A stretch of 64,000 nt of DNA from Eledone cirrhosa (lineage: Eukaryota): assembly GCA_964016885.1 (NCBI GenBank), contig OZ024752.1:35092001-35156000 (forward strand). Reading direction: 5' to 3'. Made by a program: the position numbers and the translations under genes. Every line of letters starts with the position of its first letter. Position 1 is the first letter of the stretch. Below are positions 54,497-64,000 of the stretch, one piece after another. Under the pieces are notes generated by a model, which was not told the DNA's origin, searched no databases, and worked only from the letters and a program-made list of their open reading frames with translations.

Positions 54497-54985
54497 TGTG
54501 GCCTAGTGGTAAGGGTGTCGGACTTACGATCATAATTTCGTGGGTTCGACTTCTAGAGTGGATTGCGTTTTGTGTTCTCAAGGCGCATGGCCTAATTGTT
54601 AGTGTGTTGGACTTGCTATCATAATGTCGTGGGTTCGATTCCTATAGGGAATTGAGTGTTGTGTTCTTGAGCAAAACATTTCATTTCACATTACTCTAGA
54701 ACACTAAACTGAACATAAATACTGGCAGTAATAGCTGGGAGTTTAACCCTGCGATGGACTGGCGTTCTGTCCAGGGGGGAGTCTTTGTACTCCCAGTCGC
54801 TTAATGCCACGGAAACTGGGATAAGCATCGACCAGATGAGCCTGTGGGCTCTAGACTGACTTTAACCCTACGATGGACTGGCGTCCTGTCCAGGAGGGAG
54901 TCTTGTACTCTCAGTCGTTTAACGCCACGGCAACTGGGTTAATCACTGGCCTTATGTGCCTCAGGGTTCGAGACAGACTTTAGAC
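54497..54985 (+). mobile_element. CORE-type SINE with duplicated head and duplicated tail
   Basis: TGGCCTAGTGG A-box, GGTTCGA B-box, CTTGAGCAAAACA, CCTGCGATGGACTGGCG tail. Confidence 0.75.
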
Positions 54986-55537
54986 CACAGTTTGTCAAAG
55001 TGGCCGCTACCCCAGGTGACGTTGAGAAGGTTCAGGGGGCGCCGGAGCCCAAGGGGCGCTAGAGATGACATAATAAAATATTAAATATCAAATGATACAT
55101 ATATATAAATATAGTAAAATAAAAAATATATATTTATTTATACAAAGGAGGTATTCCGAGGTTAACTTTGCCTTTCATCCTTACGGGGTCGATAAAATAA
55201 AGTACCAGTAATGTACTGGGTAATTGCTGGCCTTGTGCCAAAAGTAGAAACAATTATTTATTATATATAAATTAATGATTTTATTCATTATATATTATTT
55301 ACTGAGTTCAAATCCCGCCGAGGTTAACTTTGCTTTTCATCCTTACGGGGTCGATAAAATAAAGTACCAGTAATGCACTGGGTAATTGCTGGCCTTGTGC
55401 CAATAGTAGAAACAATTATATATTATTTACAATTTGCGTGTAGGCAGGTCTCTCTGCGAATAGGGTTGGGGTGGGTGTGCTGAGGGTATTACATGGCCGT
55501 GAGGGGGACGGTGGCCCCAAAAGTTTGGAAACCTCTG
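54986..55537 (+). mobile_element. hAT MITE with nested SINE fragments
   Basis: Perfect TSD CTTTAGAC; degenerate CAG...CAAA TIR. Confidence 0.75.
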
Positions 55538-56457
55538 CTTTAGACTTTTAGAATTAATTGTCTATTCAATCGAAAAGTAGTGAGGGGTGAGGTGGGGTGG
55601 GTGGACAGTGGAATCCAGAACCCTACCCCTTACCCCATCCTTCACCCCCACAATTGTAGAAACGCAAAGACATAAATCTTACTAAAACACTGAGATTGAC
55701 CTCGTTAATAAAACCTGTAATGTACTCGAAACAATAACGGGTCCGGTTTCCTAACACAGAAGAGAGCAAGTGTCACTAAATAGTTTTATTAAGCCGATAA
55801 AATATTTACAATGGAGCTTACCACTGTTCTGTTCTCTGTCGGAGAATAGGAAGTATATCGTTTTAAAGAATTTCTAGAGTGTATTTCATACCACAGATCA
55901 TTTTAACCGAAAGTGTGTACATTACATACATACATAGATACATACATAGATACATACATACATATATGATGATGGCTGCCTCCTCGTTATCGAGTATGGC
56001 CATTGCACGATAAACCATTATTAATAATTATTAATTAATTCTATCGGCCCTTGCCATTCTGAGTTCAAATCCCGCCGAGGTTAACTTTGCCTTTCATCCT
56101 TACGGGGTCGATAAAATAAAGTACCAGTAATGCACCGGGTAATTGCTGGCCTTGTGCCAAACGTAGAAACAATTAATAATTATTAATTAATTCTATCGTG
56201 CAATGCCTGTGCGTGAAGATATTTTTTAAAGTGAGGAAAGACTGTGCACTGAGCCAATCCCACTCTCTGAGCGACAGTAGCTATAACCCGAACATGCATA
56301 TATACGTACATATGTACATACATACATACATACATACATACATACATACATACATACATACATACATACATACATACATACATACAGGCTGCCAACTCGT
56401 TTTCGAGTACGGTGACCTGCATACATACATACATACATACATACATACATACATACA

Positions 56458-56489
<32 letters not shown>

Positions 56490-56508
56490 AACATCCGTAC
56501 ATACATAA

Positions 56509-56539
<31 letters not shown>

Positions 56540-56610
56540 CATACATACATACATACATACATACATACATACATACATACCAGTTCTGGGCTCATATTTA
56601 GAATTATATA

Positions 56611-57045
56611 CGAGGGAGGACTGAAAGGTTCATAGGTTTAATATGTAGGAGTGATGCTAGAGCTGTGAAATCTTACATACATTAATTTCAACTCTTCTTC
56701 TTATTAATAACTACATTGTTTCTTTCCAGGGACTATGTTGAAAAATAAACCCCATTTGGTCATTCCATGAGAGTATCTTGGTCAGCCTATGAACTTTTCA
56801 GATGACCCTTGTATAATAACTGCATTGTTTCTTTCCAGGGACTATGTTGAAAAATAAACCCCATTTGGTCATTCCATGAGAGTATCTTGGTCAGCCTATG
56901 AACTTTTCAGATGACCCTTGTATAATAACTGCATTGTTTCTTTCCAGGGACTATGTTGAAAAATAAACCCCATTTGGTCATTCCATGAGAGTATCTTGGT
57001 CAGCCTATGAAATTTTCAGCCAATTAACCTTTCAGCCGAGCCTTG
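56611..57045 (+). mobile_element. Mariner-type MITE with 109-bp 3' tandem units that include the TIR
   Basis: TA-CGAGGGAGGACTGAAAGGTTCATAGG; units at 56707, 56816 and 56925. Confidence 0.8.
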
Positions 57046-57334
57046 TATATGTTTGTAATTTGCAAAAAAAACTATTTCGTTCCAAAGATTAAAACTATTT
57101 GTCATTTTATTTACCGAATAACAGAAAAGAATATTTCTTTATATTTCTTTCAGAAATGCTGTCCCAGCGGAATTGGAACATTCTTACCATTTAATGCTGC
57201 CACAAGAATCGACATAAATAGAATAAAGTTTGACAGTGTATAAGATGTAGCAGAAATTTCAAGTGTTTTGTTGGGTGGGTCGCCTGCACTTTCCAACTAG
57301 ATATATTGTATTGTGGTAAGCCGTTGCTTAGTCT

Positions 57335-58213
57335 AAGGTGGGGTAGTGGTGTAGTGGTGTAGTGGTGTAGTGGTGTAGTAGTGGTATAGCGAGAGTGGTG
57401 TAGTGGTGTAATGGTTTAGCGAGAGTGGGTCGTGATGTAATGGTTTAGCGAGAGTGGTGTAGTGATGTAATGGTTTAGCGAGAGTGGTGTAGTGGTGTAG
57501 GGAGAGTGGGGTCGTGGTGTAGCGAGAGTGGGGTCGTGGTGTAGCGAGAGTGGGGTCGTGGTGTAATGGTTTAGCAAGAGTGGTGTAGTGGTGTAATGGT
57601 TTAGCGAGAGTGGTGTAGTGGTGTAGTGGTGTAGTAGTCGTATAGCGAGAGTGGGGTCGTGGTGTAGCTAGGGTGGGGTAGCTAGAGTGGGGTAGTGGTG
57701 TAGATAAAGTGGGTCGTGGTGTAGTGGCATAGCGAGAGTGTGTCGTGGTGTGGCTAGGGTGGGTGGTGGTGTGGCTAGAGTGGGCCGTGGTGTAGCTAAG
57801 GTGGGGTGGTGGTGAAGCGAGAGTGGGTCGTGGTGTAGCTAGGGTGGGGTAGCTAGAGTGGGGTAGTGGTGTAGATAAAGTGGGTCGTGGTGTAGTGGCA
57901 TAGCGAGAGTGTGTCTTGGTGTGGCTAGGGTGGGTGGTGGTGTGGCTAGAGTGGGCCGTGGTGTAGTTAGAGTGGGTGGTGGTGTGGCTAGAGTGGGCCG
58001 TGGTGTAGCTAAGGTGGGGTGGTGGTGAAGCGATAGTGGGTCGTGGTGTAGCTAGGGTGGGTCGTGGTGTAGCTAGGGTGGAGTAGTGGTGTAGCTACAG
58101 TAGGTCATGGTGCAGTTAAAGTGGGTCGTGGTGTAGCCTAAGGTGGGGGTCGTGGCAAGCTAGAGTAGAGTCGTGGTGTAGCTAGAGTAGGGTCGTGGTT
58201 TAGCTAGGGTGGG
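57335..58213. repeat. G/T-rich degenerate ~21-bp minisatellite (GTGGGTCGTGGTGTAGCTAGA)n
   Basis: Direct. Confidence 0.9.
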
Positions 58214-58289
58214 ATTCTTCTGGAGTACTTTCCCTCAACTCCATTGCTGATATTCAGAATCAGTATCACTCCTTTCCCTTTGGAAAATA

Positions 58290-58700
58290 ATGGTTTCTGA
58301 TTTAGGCACAAGGCTAATCATTTGGGGGAGGAGGGGGGGGGGTATTAAATCGACCCCAGTGCGTTACTGGTATTTTATTTAATCGATCCCGTGAGGATGA
58401 AAGGCAAAGCTAACCTCGGTGGGATTTGAACTCAGAACGTAAAGGGACGTAACTATATGCTGAAAAGCATTTCGTCTGTCGCTCTACCGATTGCTGCCAA
58501 TCCATCAACCTTCTTTGTATATATTAATTGTTTCTACTTTAGGCACAAGGCCAGCAATCACCCAGTTCATTACTGGTACTTTATTTTATCGACCCCGTAA
58601 GGATGAAAGGCAAAGTCAACCTCGGCGGGATTTGAACTCAGATCGTAAAGGGACGTAACTATGCTGGAAAGCATGGCGTCCGACCCTCCACCGATACTTC
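58290..58700 (-). mobile_element. Two main-family SINEs
   Basis: Family consensus. Confidence 0.85.
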
Positions 58701-59105
58701 TTTGTATATATTAATAACCAGTAAATATGCTTCGCTGTGGAGATCTGACAAAATAAAAAGAAAAATTCATCGTTGCTTTCAGCGGTTGGATTTAAAGACA
58801 GGGTTCAATCCTAACTGCCATTATCTTGATCGCTCCTAAATTTGGATCGATTGATTTTGTTGGAGTTATCCCCCTTAAGTTTTGATTTTAGCTGATTTCA
58901 GTACAGCTATAAATATAACATAAACAATACCAGGCGTTCCACCAACCACCCATTTCGCCACCCTTAAGTAACTGACGCAAACCAACTTAACCTGACCTAT
59001 TATAAATAATAGCAAGTTTTCTATTGAATCACACCCAACAATCTCACATTAGGAAATGACACATTGAACAGCGTGCTATATATATATATATAGACATATA
59101 TACGA

Positions 59106-59145
<40 letters not shown>

Positions 59146-59250
59146 GTAGGCAGTAAAAACCAGTTAGACGATTAATCACCTAGTCGATACTTGAGGTAGT
59201 AGAGTGGGTAATATAAATTTTTTTTTCATATATATATATAAGCACACTGC

Positions 59251-59285
<35 letters not shown>

Positions 59286-59336
59286 AACAAGTATGACCCC
59301 GACGGCAGAGCTCAAGCCGCTTCGACAGCTAATTCT

Positions 59337-59372
<36 letters not shown>

Positions 59373-59537
59373 TAAAAATAATAAATGTGAAGACTAAAAT
59401 CCGAAGAGGCTCGTTAAGGGTGAAACCACCGATTCTTTGCTTAAACTTTAATGTTATTTTAATATATATTTATATATATATAAGCACACTGTGTGTTCAC
59501 TATGTGTTTTTATATATATATATATATATATATATGG

Positions 59538-59590
<53 letters not shown>

Positions 59591-59611
59591 CACACTGTGT
59601 GTTCACTATGT

Positions 59612-59677
<66 letters not shown>

Positions 59678-59739
59678 AGGAAGCTCCAACCGTTAAGGTT
59701 GTCTTTTTTTCCGGGTATGTCAATATTTATTTATAAAAC

Positions 59740-59843
59740 AAATTTGTATTTTATCTGATAAAAGCGCACCATAATTTGCCTTGGTGGCCCTTGAAATATG
59801 TATAATAAAATAAATATGGTTTTATAAATATAGTTTCCATTTA

Positions 59844-59911
<68 letters not shown>

Positions 59912-59961
59912 ATATTAATAAATGGAAACTATATTTATAAAACCATATTTATTTTATTATA
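59740..59961. mobile_element. pLTR 3' end of the 22.2-kb family (decayed hammerhead) and its inverted copy across a (TA)n tract
   Basis: TATAATAAAATAAATATGGTTTTATAAATATAGTTTCCATTTATTAAT and its reverse complement. Confidence 0.75.
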
Positions 59962-59986
59962 CATATATATATACACACACACACAC

Positions 59987-60060
<74 letters not shown>

Positions 60061-60089
60061 ACACTCACACACACACACACTCACACACA

Positions 60090-60128
<39 letters not shown>

Positions 60129-60274
60129 CATATGACGAATATCTACAAATTTACGATGGACTGGCGTTCTGTTCAGGGGGAAGTCATGTACTCTCAGTCA
60201 CTTCACTTTCACTCCACGGAAACCAGGATAAGCTCTGAGCTGATGAACGTCCGGGCTTGAGGCAGACTTTAGAG

Positions 60275-60593
60275 CAGGGTCCTCAACCTTTTGGGTCCGA
60301 GGGCCGGATAGCCATGCAGCGGTGGCTCCGCCGCTCGGATACATTTAATACTACTTATATACAAATAAGTAATCATTTATTTATCCCTTATGTTAGATTT
60401 GAAACAAAATTCAATATTGATACTTAGAGCTGTCCCAAGCAGAAAAATACATTTAAACATTGTTTTATTCGGAAATATTGATAGATCGGGTGCAAATTTA
60501 TTGCAAGCTGTACCCTTTTTAGAACCCTGGCGGGCAGGATAAAGGCCTTAGCGAGCCACATCCGGCCCGCGGGCCGGGGTTTGGGGACCACTG
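60275..60593. mobile_element. hAT MITE inserted in a CORE-SINE tail
   Basis: CAGGGTCCTCAACC...GTTTGGGGACCACTG; perfect TSD CTTTAGAG. Confidence 0.85.
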
Positions 60594-60780
60594 CTTTAGA
60601 GATTGTTTTTACACGTATTTTCAATATATGTGACTATGTATAATTCCCATACACGCCTGTCATGTTGGATATCGTACTCGGGTCCACCCCCCTAACACCA
60701 CATGTACATCAAACTATCTTCTAATGATGCAGTCTCTTCATGGTGCACCAACTCAACACTAGAGGCTAAGTGCACTATGC

Positions 60781-61192
60781 CAGGCATGTCAAACTGAGGG
60801 TCTCCCGAGAGTCACATGGGTCACATATGTGTTGTCTGGGGGCCACACGCGACAACTAATTGCGCACATTACAACTAATTTTATATTATCTTATATTATC
60901 TTATATTATCAACGGCGGTGGATTGGCAGTATAGTTACGTCCCTTTACGATCTGAGTTCAAATCCCGCCGAGGTTGACTTTGCCTTTCATCCTTACGGGG
61001 TCGATAAAATAAAGTACCAGTAATGCACTGGGTAATTGCTGGCCTTGTGCCTAAAGTAGAAACATTTATCTTTTATTATCTTATATTATCTTACATTATC
61101 TTATATTACGAAGATAAAACATGCTCGCGTTGTAAAACCCTTTGTGTGGGCCGCAGTTGTGCTAGTAAAGGGCCACATATTTGACATGCCTG
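60781..61192 (+). mobile_element. hAT MITE (22968 family) with nested SINE
   Basis: TIR CAGGCATGTCAAA; TSD CACTATGC/CCCTATGC. Confidence 0.88.
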
Positions 61193-61729
61193 CCCTATGC
61201 TGTTGAATGTAGATTTATAATTTGCATTAAACAACACATCGTCAACAATTCTGATATGGAAACTACCAGATCTGTACCTGAATATTTCACTGTGGAAGTT
61301 GGACTGTGTAGTTTTCTTAGACGATCGATAAGGTCTCGGACCTCATTTGCTTACCAAGTGGGGTGGAACTCGTCAAATCTCAAATAAGACCGAGGAAACA
61401 ATGTTTCTATTCGTCTTTCCATTGCTGGTACTATCTACCGGGGTCGCAACTCTGAGCGGAAAGAGCAACGTAAAATAAAGTGTCTTGCTGAAGGACACAA
61501 CACATCTCCTGGTCCGGGAATCGAACTTGCAGCTTCACGATTGTGAATTCAAGAATTCAATTCTGTAACCACTAAGCCACGGGTCTGTGTAATTTGCAGG
61601 TAGGAATTATGTTGGACAACATCTTCTCTCTTCCAAACGACCGAAGATTTACAAGGATCAACCAACATTACTGTATCATCTCTTCACCGTTTTGTGTGTG
61701 TATGTGTGTCTGTGTGTGAGTATATGTGC

Positions 61730-61830
<101 letters not shown>

Positions 61831-61834
61831 TATA

Positions 61835-61877
<43 letters not shown>

Positions 61878-61930
61878 CAGATTAAAGTTTAAGCAAAGAA
61901 TCGCTTATTAGTCTTCTAATTTATTATTAT

Positions 61931-62005
<75 letters not shown>

Positions 62006-62411
62006 TGTGTGTATGTGTGTGTGTGTCTGTCTCTGTGTCTATGAGTATGTATATGTGTATGTGTGTGTGTGTGTGAGGATCTGAAAGTATATATGTGTGT
62101 GTGTGTGTGTGAAAGAAACGACTAAGTTAATAAATATAGATGGTTAAAATATCCATGCTTTAAATCCTCTTTTTCTTTTCTTTTTAAACAAATCCCCACC
62201 ACCACCATCAATATCACCACCACCACCACCACCAATATCACCACCACCACCACCACCAATACCACCACCACCACCACCCTCTTGCAAACGGAGAAATAAT
62301 ATCGGGAACTCCAAAAAAAAAAAAAAAAAAAAAAACAGAGACAGGAGTGTGTGTGTGTGTGTGTGTGTGTGGTGGGGGGTTAACAATATTATATTTAAAA
62401 GATGTCCTTAC

Positions 62412-62475
62412 CTGTTGTACAATAAACTAACAAAGGTAAAACACACTTCCATTGAAGGTAATCAAACATTTCCAT
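62412..62475 (-). CDS. Gene B exon 1: signal peptide MEMFDYLQWKCVLPLLVYCTT(G)
   Basis: CAG|gtaagg donor; phase 1 joins exon 2 to give ...CTTGLA-DD cleavage-like site. Confidence 0.75.
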
Positions 62476-62674
62476 CCGATTTCTTTTGTTATGAGTTGTT
62501 ATGAAATAAATTAATAAGTTAAATGAAGAAAACCACCCCCAGAAATACGGAAGCACGTGAATACGTGTATATCAAGAGACAGGCGACCAAAGTACCAAGT
62601 TCTTATCTATACTATATACTATAACACCCCACTTTCTCTCGTCCTATAGCTTTCTATCGCCCCTCCCTCCCGCC

Positions 62675-62721
62675 CTCTCTCTCTCTCTCTCTCTGGTTAT
62701 ATATATTTATCTATATATCTT

Positions 62722-62758
<37 letters not shown>

Positions 62759-62861
62759 CTTTCTCTTGCTCTCTCTCTCTATATATATATATGTGTGTGT
62801 GTGTATGTTATAAAAGTGTGTGTATGTTATCAAAGCTATATATATACATATATATATATGC

Positions 62862-62911
<50 letters not shown>

Positions 62912-62912
62912 G

Positions 62913-63009
<97 letters not shown>

Positions 63010-63018
63010 ATATACATG

Positions 63019-63087
<69 letters not shown>

Positions 63088-63121
63088 ATATACATGTATA
63101 TATATATATATGTATGTATAT

Positions 63122-63173
<52 letters not shown>

Positions 63174-63182
63174 ATATACATG

Positions 63183-63237
<55 letters not shown>

Positions 63238-63530
63238 ATATACATGTATATATATACATATGTATATATATATATATATGTATATATATATGTATGTATA
63301 ATGTATGTATATATATGTATATATATATATGTGTGTATATATATATATGTATATATATCGTTCACTTTCACTCACGTTAAGACGTTGGTGGTGGTAGTGG
63401 TGTTGGTGGTGTTGGTGGTGGTGCTAGTGGTAGTGGTGGTAGTGGCGGCGGTGGCGGTGGTGGTGGTGGTAGTGGTGGTGGTGGTGGTGGCGGCGGTGAT
63501 GATGGGGATGGCGATGGTGGTGGTGGAGGG
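62675..63530. repeat. (TC)n, (TA)n and (GGT)n microsatellites
   Basis: Direct. Confidence 0.95.
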
Positions 63531-63633
63531 GACATAAATTAAAGACGGCTGATGTCAATTACTTTACAGTGTTCCATTCAAATCTTGTTAGTTTGATTTT
63601 TATCTCTCACCCTTCGTTGTTTTAAAAATAGGG

Positions 63634-64000
63634 ATATACCAGTAATATGTTAGTAATATACCAGTAATATACCAGTAATATGTTAGTAATATACCAGTAA
63701 TATACCAGTAATATGTTAGTAATATACCAGTAATATACCAGTAATATGTTAGTAATATACCAGTAATATACCAGTAATATGTTAGTAATATACCAGTAAT
63801 ATACCAGTAATATGTTAGTAATATACCAGTAATATACCAGTAATATGTTAGTAATATACCAGTAATATACCAGTAATATACCAGTAGTATATCAGTAATA
63901 TGTTAGTAACATACCAGTAACATACCAGTAATATACCAGTAACATACCAGTAATATGTTAGTAATATATCAGTAATATACCAGTAATATGTTAGTAATAT
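63634..64000. repeat. 11-bp minisatellite with 33-bp higher-order pattern (ATATACCAGTA x2 + ATATGTTAGTA)
   Basis: Direct. Confidence 0.92.

Noticed and set aside
59385-59455. Hammerhead in the CCGAAGA...GAAA family (also 40.5 and 44.8 kb)
   Set aside because: No matching stem I' found; left as an unexplained repeat

Overview
AT-rich, microsatellite-saturated animal genomic DNA. The tRNA-derived SINEs resemble, from memory, those of octopod cephalopods; this is an inference. Nearly all ORFs in the supplied track are simple-repeat artefacts. Reading splice sites by hand gives two convergent small multi-exon membrane-protein gene models. Gene B (- strand, 62475->34024, 4 coding exons, 169 aa) has a signal peptide, a Shisa-like/CYYR1-type C..C..CC..CC ectodomain, one TM helix and a tail, plus a duplicated same-phase 40-nt Cys exon. 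Gene A (+ strand, 1856->24217, 4 exons, 91 aa, more tentative) has a signal peptide, a TM helix and a PSAP/NPY tail. Introns and intergenic DNA hold SINEs, hAT and Tc1/mariner/pogo MITEs, RTE and CRE LINE fragments, and many minisatellites, several of which arose inside TEs. The most striking signal is about ten unrelated sequence families carrying type I hammerhead-ribozyme folds. Most sit in inverted-repeat, (TA)n-embedded remnants that look like Penelope-like pseudo-LTRs, and several lie sense within the introns.
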